64,000 nucleotides of DNA, taken from NCBI GenBank assembly GCA_944376195.1, contig CALWBW010000005.1, positions 5,941-69,940 of the forward strand, given 5' to 3'. The notes beneath the pieces were generated by a model, which was not told the DNA's origin, made no database searches, and worked only from the letters and a program-made list of their open reading frames with translations. Both the position numbers and the translations under genes were made by a program. Positions 28,281 to 36,908 of this stretch are shown here, in pieces. Source of the DNA: an uncultured Clostridia bacterium (GTDB taxonomy: Bacteria; Bacillota; Clostridia; Oscillospirales; QAMX01). Each line of letters begins with the position of its first letter. The first letter of the stretch is position 1.

Positions 28281-30083
28281 TCAATCTTTAACGAAAAGCT
28301 CAGTAAATTGGAAGGTCCGGCAATCGACCAGTCCGCGATTGGTGAGACGAAGCTCCGGCAAACAGGCGAGCGGGACAAGCGCCAGGGTCATAAAGGGAGA
28401 GACGATTTCACACCCGATTTCACGCCAGGCGTGTTCCAGATGTTCTACCTTTTTGGCCATTTCTTCCGCACTTTCGTCATTCATCAGTCCTGCAACGGGA
28501 AGCGGCACAAGTCCCAATACCTTGCCGTTGCAAACCGCGCACATGCCGCCGCCGCAGGCAATCAAGGTGTTGGCAGCAAGCGCCATATCATCATCGTTGG
28601 TCCCCACGACAAGAAGATTATGCGCATCATGTGCCACGGTCTGCGCCATGGCGCCGCGTTTGATCCCAAATCCGTGGACAAAGCCAAAGCCGTGGCGGCC
28701 AGTGCTGTGATGCCGTTCAAAGACAAAGGTTTTTAGTACGTCCTGCGCGACATCGGAGGCAAGCGTGCCATCGGAGACTTTCAATTCGACAATACGTTCG
28801 TAATCTCCCACTCTTGCCGGGATAATTTCGATTGCCCGTACTTTGGAAATCCCGGATTCCCGATCTGCCGCAATGCGGAAGGTTTCCGGCGTGATGGGTT
28901 CATCGATATGAATGGTATTGGTTGCCCATTCCGGATAGGAAAATGGCGGGATTTCAATAGTCAAGCGGCCGTTTTCCGCAACAACAGTTCCATCAATGAT
29001 GACACGTGTGACCTGCATGGATTGCAGATCGTTTAAAAACACGAGATCTGCACATTTTCCGGGCGTAATACTGCCCAATTCATGATCCATGCGGAAACAG
29101 GTTGCACAATTAATTGTTACAGCCTGGATTGCAGTGATGGGATCCAGACCTTCTTCCACGGCGCGGCGGAGAATATGGTCAATATGGCCTTTTGTAGCGA
29201 GTGTGTTGGGATGTGTATCATCTGAAATTAAGACGGCAAACCGCGTGTCAATTTGCTGATCCAAGATGGCACGGCACACTTCATGCAAATCATGCCAGGC
29301 ACTTCCTTCTCGCAACATGGCATACATACCCAGGCGCATTTTGGCAAGTGCGTCTTCCGCGCGGGTGGATTCATGGCAGCAGCGTACACCCGACGCGATA
29401 TAAGCATTTAATCCTTTTCCAGTTTCGGGAATAGAATAATGCCCGGTGATTACGCGGTCCGCCTTTAATGTTTCGGCAAGTTCTGCGTGTGTGGCGGCGT
29501 CAGAGGCGAGAACACCTGGAAAATTCATCATTTCGCCAAGCCCGACCACGCGATCCCAGGTCATCATTTCCCGAATGTCGGAGGCATCGATTCGCGCACC
29601 TGTATCCTCAAACCCCGGGACAGCAGGCACGCAGGAGGGTACAGTAACCATGGTTTTTAAAGGCGCGCGGCGTGAATCCTCTATCATGAGCTTGACGCCT
29701 TGCACCCCCAACACATTTCCGATTTCGTGTGGATCCATATAAATTCCCACTGTCCCATGTGGAATAACCGCTTTTGCATACTCGCCGACAGTCAGCATGG
29801 AAGACTCCACATGGATGTGTCCATCCAAAAAACCAGGTGCGATGTAGCTGCCGCAGGCATCAATTACGACCGTACCGGCTCCAATGCAGTGAGAGGCATC
29901 GCCGACCAGTGCAATACGTCCCTTGGCAATGGCGACATCCGTATGATCAAGGATCTCATGCGTACAGACGTTAATTAAACGAGCATTTTGAATAACCAAA
30001 TCGGCAGGTTCAGCCCCGCCTGCGACCCGGGCGAGGTTTTGAGAAACTTCCCAAAGCGGCGTTTTACAGAATGTATTCAGCAT
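28281..30083 (-). CDS. ade: adenine deaminase
   Basis: ORF 28281..30107. ATG 30083 is preferred: AGGAAAGGGGG lies upstream, and the predicted transcription start is only about 5 nt before the 30107 ATG. Amidohydrolase metal site GFLDGHIHVESSM. Length and C-terminal domain are typical of Ade. Confidence 0.9.
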   Translation of the reverse strand: MLNTFCKTPLWEVSQNLARVAGGAEPADLVIQNARLINVCTHEILDHTDVAIAKGRIALVGDASHCIGAGTVVIDACGSYIAPGFLDGHIHVESSMLTVGEYAKAVIPHGTVGIYMDPHEIGNVLGVQGVKLMIEDSRRAPLKTMVTVPSCVPAVPGFEDTGARIDASDIREMMTWDRVVGLGEMMNFPGVLASDAATHAELAETLKADRVITGHYSIPETGKGLNAYIASGVRCCHESTRAEDALAKMRLGMYAMLREGSAWHDLHEVCRAILDQQIDTRFAVLISDDTHPNTLATKGHIDHILRRAVEEGLDPITAIQAVTINCATCFRMDHELGSITPGKCADLVFLNDLQSMQVTRVIIDGTVVAENGRLTIEIPPFSYPEWATNTIHIDEPITPETFRIAADRESGISKVRAIEIIPARVGDYERIVELKVSDGTLASDVAQDVLKTFVFERHHSTGRHGFGFVHGFGIKRGAMAQTVAHDAHNLLVVGTNDDDMALAANTLIACGGGMCAVCNGKVLGLVPLPVAGLMNDESAEEMAKKVEHLEHAWREIGCEIVSPFMTLALVPLACLPELRLTNRGLVDCRTFQFTELFVKD

Positions 30084-30118
30084 GGCGCTGTAGCCCCCTT
30101 TCCTCATATGACATCTTG

Positions 30119-30147
30119 ATTATAATGGTTTTTTTTCGATAAGGCAA
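30119..30147 (-). promoter_or_regulatory. candidate sigma-A promoter for ade (TTGCCT-17-TATAAT)
   Basis: Minus strand TTGCCT (30147-30142), 17-nt spacer, TATAAT (30124-30119). Confidence 0.45.
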
Positions 30148-30193
30148 GGATTCAAATATCTTTTAATAACAGAGATTTATATAAAGAAATTTC

Positions 30194-30226
30194 AAATTTG
30201 ACGTTTGCGTCAAATTTTACTTGACG
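30194..30226. promoter_or_regulatory. 10-4-10 perfect inverted repeat AAATTTGACG-tttg-CGTCAAATTT plus a third TTGACG half-site (candidate operator)
   Basis: Seen directly at 30194-30217. A further TTGACG lies at 30221-30226. The element sits in the divergent intergenic region between ade and the cytidylate-kinase-like gene. Confidence 0.35.
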
Positions 30227-30343
30227 AAACCAAAATTTTTGTATACTATAGAAGTATCAACCAGGGTTTTTGAGCGCTTCCCATTCGCGTTATAAAGCAC
30301 AGTGTTGATAAAAACAATGTGACGGTGGAAGGAGTTGCTCTCT

Positions 30344-30952
30344 ATGGAAAAAAAGATAATTACGATCAGCCGTGAATTTGGCAGTGGTGGACGTTCCATC
30401 GGACGTATGGTTGCTGAGAAACTGGGATATAAATTTTACGATCAGGAACTGATTTTGCATGTTGCCAAAGAAAGTGGTTTGGCGAAAGAAGTAGTGGCGG
30501 AGTATGAGGAGTATGCCACACATAAAAATAGTTTTCTGTATGCGATTGCTATGAGTAATGGCGGAATATATGGTGGAATGTCGTTTGCCAACCAAGTGCA
30601 GATCGCGCAGGCAAAAGTTATCAATAATTTGGCGGAGCAGGGAAATTGCGTAATTGTCGGACGCGGCGCAGATTATCTTTTGCGGGAACGAAAAGATTGC
30701 CTGAATGTATTTATTCATGCGGATATGAAATTTCGCGCGGATCGGATTGTGCGCCTCTATGGGGAGACAAATAAGACCCCGGAAGAACGTCTGCGTGATA
30801 AAGATGCCAAACGAAAGGTTTATTATAAGTCCTTTACGATGCGTGATTGGGGTGTTTGCCAGAATTATCATGTTTCTCTGGATAGCAGCGTGATTGGCGT
30901 AGAACACTGCGTGGATATTATCGTAAAAATTGTGGAGGATAGCAGGGAGTAG
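30344..30952 (+). CDS. cytidylate kinase-like family protein (P-loop)
   Basis: ORF 30335..30952. ATG 30344 has GGAAGGAG upstream. MEKKIITISREFGSGGRSIGRMVAEKLGYKFYDQELI is the hallmark N-terminus of the Cytidylate_kin2 family. Confidence 0.8.
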   Translation: MEKKIITISREFGSGGRSIGRMVAEKLGYKFYDQELILHVAKESGLAKEVVAEYEEYATHKNSFLYAIAMSNGGIYGGMSFANQVQIAQAKVINNLAEQGNCVIVGRGADYLLRERKDCLNVFIHADMKFRADRIVRLYGETNKTPEERLRDKDAKRKVYYKSFTMRDWGVCQNYHVSLDSSVIGVEHCVDIIVKIVEDSRE

Positions 30953-30966
30953 TCTTACGTAATAAG

Positions 30967-31017
30967 GCCGTCCCTTTATGCGGAAGCTGACGCAGCATGA
31001 AGGGACGGCACTTTTTC
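30967..31017 (+). terminator. intrinsic terminator (long loop)
   Basis: GCCGTCCCTT ... AAGGGACGGC followed by ACTTTTTC. Confidence 0.5.
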
Positions 31018-31026
31018 ATAGTAACA

Positions 31027-31067
31027 AAAAATAAGCTTGTAATCTTTGGGATTACAAGCTTATTTTC
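31027..31067 (-). terminator. terminator after the zinc-ribbon gene (usable in both directions)
   Basis: AAAAATAAGCTTGTAATC-tttgg-GATTACAAGCTTATTTT. Confidence 0.65.
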
Positions 31068-31092
31068 AATGCACAAAGAGTATAAACGACGA

Positions 31093-31371
31093 TTATTCGC
31101 CGGCTCTCATCTTAGCAAAGCACTCGCTGCAATAGACGGGACGGTCAGTCTTCGGCTCAAACGGAACGCGAGCCTCGCCGCCGCACATAGCGCAGGTAGC
31201 GGTGAAATACTCACGCGGAGCACGAGACGCATTCTTACGAGCGTCACGGCAAGCCTTGCAACGCTGCGGCTCATTCTGGAAACCACGCTCAGCATAAAAT
31301 TCCTGCTCACCAGCGGTGAAAACGAACTCCTGTCCGCACTCTTTGCATTTCAGTGTCTTGTCTTGGTACAT
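31093..31371 (-). CDS. zinc-ribbon domain protein (two CxxC...CxxC modules)
   Basis: MYQDKTLKCKECGQEFVFTAGEQEFYAERGFQNEPQRCKACR...ATCAMCGGEARVPFEPKTDRPVYCSECF matches the widespread probable-zinc-ribbon small-protein family. Confidence 0.75.
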   Translation of the reverse strand: MYQDKTLKCKECGQEFVFTAGEQEFYAERGFQNEPQRCKACRDARKNASRAPREYFTATCAMCGGEARVPFEPKTDRPVYCSECFAKMRAGE

Positions 31372-31463
31372 GTCTTTTACCTCTCTTTTGCTAGTTCCCG
31401 ATTACCCGGGAAAATAAATATTTGCACACAGGATGGATTCCTGTTGAGCACAAGGGGATAGCG

Positions 31464-32129
31464 CTATTCTTCCTTTCGGACGGCTTCATACTTACGCCGG
31501 ATGCGCTGGACTGCGTTGTCAATAGACTTCATAGACCGACATAATTCTACAGCCATCTCATGATAGGAAAGCCCGTTCAGATAGAGGGTCAGGACATGCT
31601 GCTCAAATTTAGACAGCGTTCGAATAAATTCATTTTCCAGACGCTTGCGTTCATCACGATTAATGATCAGCGTCTCGGGGTCCTGTTCCGCCAAAGGAAA
31701 CGTGATTCCATCTTCCGATACAATTTGGTCGATTGAAAGCGAGTCGTTTAATATGGTGTTATTTTTTGTTTGCGCGGATCGTACCGCGCTAATAATACTT
31801 CTGCGTATACAGAGAATGGCAAACGTTTTAAAAGAGGATTTTCCGGGAACGTAATTTCGGATTGCAGAAAGCAACCCCAACATCCCTTCCTGAATTAAAT
31901 CCTCACTGTCACCGCCATTGAGAAAATAAGGACGGGAACAGGCTCTGACAACACGCGTATATCTCCGGATGAGCACGTCCTGTGCAGCCAGATGCCCCTT
32001 TTGAAGTTCAGAAAACAATGCCTCATCAGACAATGTCTCATAAGACTTCGCCAAAGCTGTCTGCAACGCTTCATCGCTGTCGCCCACGACGCTTTGCTTA
32101 TTCATTTTGTGAAATTCACAACTACTCAT
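31464..32129 (-). CDS. sigH: sporulation-type sigma-70 family factor, SigH-like
   Basis: ORF 31464..32213. Region 2 EDLIQEGMLGLLSAIRNY..FKTFAILCIRRSIISAVRSAQ closely resembles SigH, and a region 4 HTH is present. The start is ambiguous (ATG 32129 or 32105) because the promoter -10 overlaps the 32141 ATG. Confidence 0.75.
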   Translation of the reverse strand: MSSCEFHKMNKQSVVGDSDEALQTALAKSYETLSDEALFSELQKGHLAAQDVLIRRYTRVVRACSRPYFLNGGDSEDLIQEGMLGLLSAIRNYVPGKSSFKTFAILCIRRSIISAVRSAQTKNNTILNDSLSIDQIVSEDGITFPLAEQDPETLIINRDERKRLENEFIRTLSKFEQHVLTLYLNGLSYHEMAVELCRSMKSIDNAVQRIRRKYEAVRKEE

Positions 32130-32139
32130 CTTACTCGAC

Positions 32140-32168
32140 ATTATAAACGCAGGAGGAGAAAAAGTCAA
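32140..32168 (-). promoter_or_regulatory. near-consensus sigma-A promoter for sigH (TTGACT-17-TATAAT)
   Basis: Minus strand TTGACT (32168-32163), 17-nt spacer, TATAAT (32145-32140). Confidence 0.5.
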
Positions 32169-32242
32169 TAGCTTCGTTAATAATTTGTTAATACTGCCAG
32201 AAATTTTGGTCAAACACAGACAAATTGCACAGAAAATAGCAA

Positions 32243-33280
32243 TTAAAGGTCGAATGTCTGCTGACCTTGATAGGGAATTTGCAAATGATCATATGCTGCT
32301 TGTGTTACACAGCGGCCACGCTGTGTTCTCGACAAAAAGCCAATTTGCAAAAGATAGGGCTCATAAACATCTTCTATCGTGACGGCATCTTCTCCGATGG
32401 TTGCTGCGAGCGTTTCAATGCCGACAGGTCCGCCTCCGTATGTGGTAATAATGGTTTGCAGCATTCGGCGGTCAAGATTGTCCAAGCCCAGACGGTCTAC
32501 GTCCAGTGCGGCAAGCGCCTGATCTGCAACAGCACTGGTGATACGGCCGTCGGAGCGAACCTGTGCAAAATCCCGGACACGGCGCAGCATTCGGTTGGCA
32601 ATTCGCGGCGTACCACGCGAACGTTTTGCAATTTCAAAGGCACCCTCCGGATCAATGGGGACATTTAAAATCTCAGCAGACCGGGTAACGATCGTCATGA
32701 GTTCCTTGGGTGTATAGAGCTCCAGCCTCATAATGACGCCAAAGCGGTCCCGCATGGGTGCAGTAAGCTGTCCCGCCCGCGTTGTTGCGCCAATTAAGGT
32801 AAATGGTTTTAAATCCAGTCGGATGGAACGCGCAGAAGGACCTTTCCCCAAAATGATATCAAGCGCAAAGTCTTCCATCGCAGGATAGAGAACCTCCTCA
32901 GCGCTGCGATTCAGGCGATGAATTTCATCGACAAACAAAATATCGCCCGTATTCAGGCTGGTTAACAACGCGGCTAAGTCTCCCGGTTTTTCAATGGCGG
33001 GACCCGAAGTGATTCGGATGTTAACCCCCATTTCGTTGGCAATAATGCTGGCAAGTGTGGTTTTACCAAGGCCGGGAGGACCATAAAGCAGGACGTGATC
33101 CAATGCCTCCTGTCTGGAGCGGGCGGCTTCAATAAAAACGCGAAGATTATCTTTCACCTTATCCTGTCCGATAAACTCTGCCAAATGCCTGGGGCGCAGG
33201 CTTCCTTCCATCTCATCTTCCAACCGCGGAGACGTTGAGATAATTCGTTCTTCGTTCTGATCTTCAAATTCAATGCTCAT
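32243..33280 (-). CDS. ruvB: Holliday junction branch migration DNA helicase RuvB
   Basis: ORF 32243..33358. ATG 33280 has GAGAGGAA upstream. Walker [10 protein letters not shown], Walker B FVDEIHRL. Confidence 0.95.
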   Translation of the reverse strand: MSIEFEDQNEERIISTSPRLEDEMEGSLRPRHLAEFIGQDKVKDNLRVFIEAARSRQEALDHVLLYGPPGLGKTTLASIIANEMGVNIRITSGPAIEKPGDLAALLTSLNTGDILFVDEIHRLNRSAEEVLYPAMEDFALDIILGKGPSARSIRLDLKPFTLIGATTRAGQLTAPMRDRFGVIMRLELYTPKELMTIVTRSAEILNVPIDPEGAFEIAKRSRGTPRIANRMLRRVRDFAQVRSDGRITSAVADQALAALDVDRLGLDNLDRRMLQTIITTYGGGPVGIETLAATIGEDAVTIEDVYEPYLLQIGFLSRTQRGRCVTQAAYDHLQIPYQGQQTFDL

Positions 33281-33364
33281 GTTGTTCCTCTCAGCTCGGG
33301 AAAGCGGATAAATCCACAGCTTTCCACAGGTTTTTCCACAGCGCCCGTGGGGATTCAAAGGTGT

Positions 33365-33967
33365 TTATCGCGCAAGCAATTTCAGCGCCGCCCGAATCAT
33401 TTCCTCTACGTTCATGACGGACGGATCACAGCCGCGCAGGGCCGCGGATGCCTCGGTGGGAGAATAGCCCAACACCTGCAATGCCATACGTGCTTCATCA
33501 AGGGCGTTACCGCCAGGGAGTGCAGCATCCGGCAAAAATGACTCCACAGTACCACGGTTCTTTTCCCGACTCTTTAACTTATCTTTTAATTCCAAAATAA
33601 TGCGCTGCGCCAGTTTCTTTCCGACTCCGGGAACGGCGGTGAGCGCGCGTTCATCATCTCCCAGTACGGCCATGGCAAACCGTTCAGGAGAGAGTGAGGA
33701 GAGAATGGAAAGCCCTACCTTCATCCCCACACCGGAAATACCAACAAGCAGCAAAAAACAATTACGTTCTTCTATGTCAGCAAAGCCGTAAAGTTCCATG
33801 GCGTCTTCGCGGACGTTTAAATGGGTATAAAGCCGAGCTTTTTGCCCCTGTTTAATACGCGATTGCGTCATGGTTGTGACATGACAGAGATAACCGACTC
33901 CGCCGCAGTCAATGACGGCGATATAGGGCTCCGTATGCGTGACGAGCCCTTCCAGATAATAAAACAT
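33365..33967 (-). CDS. ruvA: Holliday junction branch migration protein RuvA
   Basis: ORF 33365..34054. ATG 33967 (MFYYLEGLVTH..) has AAAAGGAG upstream. HhH motifs LVGISGVG and AVPGVGKKLAQRI. Confidence 0.95.
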   Translation of the reverse strand: MFYYLEGLVTHTEPYIAVIDCGGVGYLCHVTTMTQSRIKQGQKARLYTHLNVREDAMELYGFADIEERNCFLLLVGISGVGMKVGLSILSSLSPERFAMAVLGDDERALTAVPGVGKKLAQRIILELKDKLKSREKNRGTVESFLPDAALPGGNALDEARMALQVLGYSPTEASAALRGCDPSVMNVEEMIRAALKLLAR

Positions 33968-33980
33968 AGCAGCTCCTTTT

Positions 33981-34469
33981 TTAATAACCGGAAAGCAGGG
34001 AAGAAGCGGACTGCGCATGACAGAGCGCAATGGCAAGCGCATCCGCCGCGTCATCTGGTTTTGGAATAGAAGGCAAATTCAGCAAAATACGCGTCATTTC
34101 CATCACCTGTTGTTTTTCAGCGCGCCCATATCCTACCACGGCCTGTTTCACTTGCAAGGGCGTATATTCAAAGACCGGAACATGGTGTTGCGTGCAGGCC
34201 AAAAGTATGATGCCGCGAGCCTGCGCAACCAGGATTGCAGTTGTGGTGTTGGTATTGAAGAAAAGCTCCTCAATTGCGGCGGCGTCAGGTTTATATGCCT
34301 GCAGCAAAACTCCCATATCTTCATAAATAGCCAGTAAACGCTCCTGCATAGGCGTATGTGCTTCCGTTTTAATCGCACCATGGCGAATTTCACGGCTAGT
34401 CATACCAGATGATTCAATTAAACCAAATCCGACGATGGCATACCCCGGATCCAAACCAAGTATTGTCAC
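33981..34469 (-). CDS. ruvC: crossover junction endodeoxyribonuclease RuvC
   Basis: GTG start with AAGAGG upstream. MTILGLDPGYAIVGFGLIE..., C-terminal ...PKPDDAADALAIALCH. Confidence 0.95.
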   Translation of the reverse strand: MTILGLDPGYAIVGFGLIESSGMTSREIRHGAIKTEAHTPMQERLLAIYEDMGVLLQAYKPDAAAIEELFFNTNTTTAILVAQARGIILLACTQHHVPVFEYTPLQVKQAVVGYGRAEKQQVMEMTRILLNLPSIPKPDDAADALAIALCHAQSASSLLSGY

Positions 34470-34508
34470 AAAAACCTCTTACTCAATATTCCTCAATTAC
34501 GTAAGTCT

Positions 34509-34537
34509 ATTGTATACCAAATGGACAGTTGAGTCAA
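34509..34537 (-). promoter_or_regulatory. candidate sigma-A promoter for ruvCAB (TTGACT-17-TACAAT)
   Basis: Minus strand TTGACT (34537-34532) and TACAAT (34514-34509). Confidence 0.45.
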
Positions 34538-34545
34538 GAAGAAGG

Positions 34546-34557
34546 GAACATTTGTTT
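34546..34557. promoter_or_regulatory. LexA (Cheo-box)-like element GAACATTTGTTT, one mismatch to GAAC-N4-GTTC
   Basis: Lies 9 nt upstream of the ruvC -35 box. This is a single weak match. Confidence 0.25.
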
Positions 34558-34638
34558 TGAAAGAGACTTCGCATAACTTTCAGGGAAAAAACGCAATTTG
34601 CAATGTGTCTGCCTTCTGAGATCAATTTAAAATAATGG

Positions 34639-34667
34639 TTGACATATGGAAATGATAAATGTATAAT
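34639..34667 (+). promoter_or_regulatory. consensus sigma-A promoter (TTGACA-17-TATAAT)
   Basis: TTGACA at 34639-34644 and TATAAT at 34662-34667, upstream of the solute-binding protein gene. Confidence 0.55.
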
Positions 34668-34696
34668 AAAGAAAATATGAATAAATGAGGTGAATT

Positions 34697-36052
34697 ATGA
34701 GAAAAAATGCTGCAATATTTCTGCTTATATCATTCGTTTTCATTTGTTTTTCTGGATGCGCCAAGCTTGGCGCCACGCAGTCTGATGTTCTGACGGTGTA
34801 TGTGTTAAAAGATAACCCTTCCAGTTGGAGCACCTGCGATACTTGGCGTTACACGCTTGCAGGATTTGCAGAGGAATATGAGGATACGGTGCTGGAAGCG
34901 GTTGAATTTTCCACGATGGCAGAGCTGGAGGAACAGTTATTGCGGGAACTTTCTGAAGGCGGCGGGCCGGACCTCATTTTATATTCCTGGCAAAACAGTC
35001 TGGATATTTATAAACTGGCCAGGGACGGATTGCTCCTTGATTTAAATCTCTATTTGGAGGATGACGGCAGTTATTCACGTTCTGCTTATCTGGAGTCTCT
35101 GCTTGATAGCGGAAATTTTGACGGAGCACAGTATTTGATGCCGATTTGCTATCCGTTGCCTCTATTTTTGACGAGTGAGGAGAAGCTGGCTGAGGCAGGC
35201 GTTGCCGATCCGGAACAGGTTTTGACATCGCGCGAAGTCATGCAAATTATCACGGAGCAAGGCGAACAGCACGCGAATGACCAGGAAAACTTTGGTTTTA
35301 TCGATTTTCAATTTGGAAATACGAAGGAGGCCTTTTTCTCTTCCACGGGCATGTTTGAACTGGATTATAGCGCCGGTTCCGTTTCTGTGGATCGGGAGGG
35401 TTTTCGTGAAATGATGGAACTGTATCTTGCTGCCTCGGATGAAGCGTCGCGTGCTTTGGAGAATCTGTCCAGCGGTTACTCATTCAAATTGCAGGTACAG
35501 GATCTGGTGAAGAGGGGAACATTCTTTGGCGCGTATTTCAATTCCCTTCAGACGATTCTGTCTCCTGCGCTGGTACTCAGTGCGGAGGAAACGCCGATTA
35601 TCGAGATCTTACCTACATTTGACCAAACGGATTCTTACCGGGTCAGCACCTGTTTTGCAGCGATCAACCGTCAGGCCAAAAATCCCGATACCGCATATGA
35701 AGTGATTCGTTATCTTATGGATCATGTGATCCGTCATGGGGCGGATGGTGTGACGCCCGCTGAATATCAGTCCATTAACAAAAGCGTAGCGTTAAGTCAA
35801 GTGGAGCGTGTTTATCAATCGGTAGTTGGTCAGGGGACACCGAGTCAGGAAGAGTTTTTTGACGCATTCGTTGCCAGATATGAAGCGTTTCTCTCGGGTG
35901 ATGTGCAAAATTTTGCATACCCAAATGCTTTGTATGAACGGATTGCCCCTTGTGCACAGGCGCTGCGTTCCAATCCGGATGCTTTTGACGAAGCGTTTGA
36001 TACAATGATGACGGATTTGGATGCGTATATGATGGAGCCGGTATTTGAGTAA
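34697..36052 (+). CDS. extracellular solute-binding lipoprotein (ABC transporter SBP family 1-like), orphan with no adjacent permease or ATPase
   Basis: Lipoprotein signal MRKNAAIFLLISFVFICFSGC. About 450 aa, with general family-1 SBP features. Confidence 0.75.
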   Translation: MRKNAAIFLLISFVFICFSGCAKLGATQSDVLTVYVLKDNPSSWSTCDTWRYTLAGFAEEYEDTVLEAVEFSTMAELEEQLLRELSEGGGPDLILYSWQNSLDIYKLARDGLLLDLNLYLEDDGSYSRSAYLESLLDSGNFDGAQYLMPICYPLPLFLTSEEKLAEAGVADPEQVLTSREVMQIITEQGEQHANDQENFGFIDFQFGNTKEAFFSSTGMFELDYSAGSVSVDREGFREMMELYLAASDEASRALENLSSGYSFKLQVQDLVKRGTFFGAYFNSLQTILSPALVLSAEETPIIEILPTFDQTDSYRVSTCFAAINRQAKNPDTAYEVIRYLMDHVIRHGADGVTPAEYQSINKSVALSQVERVYQSVVGQGTPSQEEFFDAFVARYEAFLSGDVQNFAYPNALYERIAPCAQALRSNPDAFDEAFDTMMTDLDAYMMEPVFE

Positions 36053-36068
36053 AAGGCAGCGGATAGGT

Positions 36069-36308
36069 TCATAATGGAATTCCAGATTGCATGTGAGCTT
36101 TATATGAGAAACATCTCCGCAGTTTTATTGAAACTGCGGAGATGTTTGCGTAGGAAAAAAATCTTTTTGATAATTTAAAGCTCATTATGCAAAGCTTGCT
36201 CTTTTTTGTAGATCGGAAATTGTATCCTGGGCAAGGCTGACTCTTTTTTTGATGTTGGGCGCATACATGGCAATTAAATCCGCATGGGGCAATCATTCGC
36301 TTGTCCAT
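36069..36308 (-). pseudogene. possible truncated DUF3795-like remnant
   Basis: The N-terminus MDKRMIAPCGFNCHVCAQH..PCPG resembles DUF3795 (MIAxCGxxCxxC). The rest is low-quality sequence that reads straight through a terminator hairpin (36108-36146). An A7 run lies at the divergence point. Confidence 0.25.
36108..36146. terminator. hairpin terminator after the solute-binding protein gene
   Basis: AAACATCTCCGCAGTT-ttattga-AACTGCGGAGATGTTT. Confidence 0.55.
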
Positions 36309-36385
36309 AGAAATTTATCCGACTTCCATTCATTTTGTAAATACAGTATAGTATGTTTCCCAATGCTTTGCAAGAAAGTAAAAAT

Positions 36386-36421
36386 AAGAACACGGCATAA
36401 AAGATGTTATGCCGTGTTCTT
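36386..36421 (-). terminator. intrinsic terminator after the yajC / membrane-protein pair
   Basis: Minus strand AAGAACACGGCATAA-catctt-TTATGCCGTGTTCTT followed by ATTTTTAC. Confidence 0.65.
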
Positions 36422-36436
36422 TCATGGATGGTAGAA

Positions 36437-36844
36437 TTATCGTTGACGGAAACCCAACGTGCAGAGCGTCCCGGCGGCACTGCCGCCTGCGCAAGCCGCT
36501 AAAGTTTGCAGGATACCGCCCCATGTATCAAATTCTGGTAAAAACAGGATGCTGATCAATAAGAGAAGAATAAAAAAGAGAGCTCCGGACAAAAGGCCCA
36601 TGGGCAGGATTCTTCGTCCTACACGTTTTGCCGTCAACAGGCTGGTAACAAAAGTCCCAGGTATGCAGCAGAGTGCAGTTACAGTATGTGAGGCCTCTGA
36701 AAGTACCCCTTTTGAGATTAGTATGGCAAGCAGAAATGTTGCAATTAAAGTGACAATCATGCCTATTACAGCGAATACAAGCATAACAGGCAGAACTGAT
36801 AAAATTCCGGTTCTTTCGTTAGCGGAAAATAAATCTTTGTTCAA
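36437..36844 (-). CDS. TIGR04086-like small membrane protein
   Basis: ORF 36437..36895. The ATG at 36895 has no SD. TTG 36844 has GGGGGGA 6 nt upstream and gives about 135 aa, the usual size. Three to four TM segments, downstream of yajC as is common in Clostridia. The start is uncertain. Confidence 0.55.
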   Translation of the reverse strand: MNKDLFSANERTGILSVLPVMLVFAVIGMIVTLIATFLLAILISKGVLSEASHTVTALCCIPGTFVTSLLTAKRVGRRILPMGLLSGALFFILLLLISILFLPEFDTWGGILQTLAACAGGSAAGTLCTLGFRQR

Positions 36845-36908
36845 AATAAATCCCCCCGAATCATATTCAATAGAATATATTCTCGGGGGGATCATCTTAT
36901 GAATGCTA

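Noticed and set aside
30084-30340. Looked for a purine (adenine/guanine) riboswitch upstream of adenine deaminase.
   Set aside because: The minus-strand sequence UAUAACGCGAAUGGGAAGCGC... superficially recalls the J1/2-P2 region. It lacks the P3 arm and the conserved loop-loop and J2/3 nucleotides. It also lies upstream of the predicted ade promoter, so it would not be part of the ade transcript.
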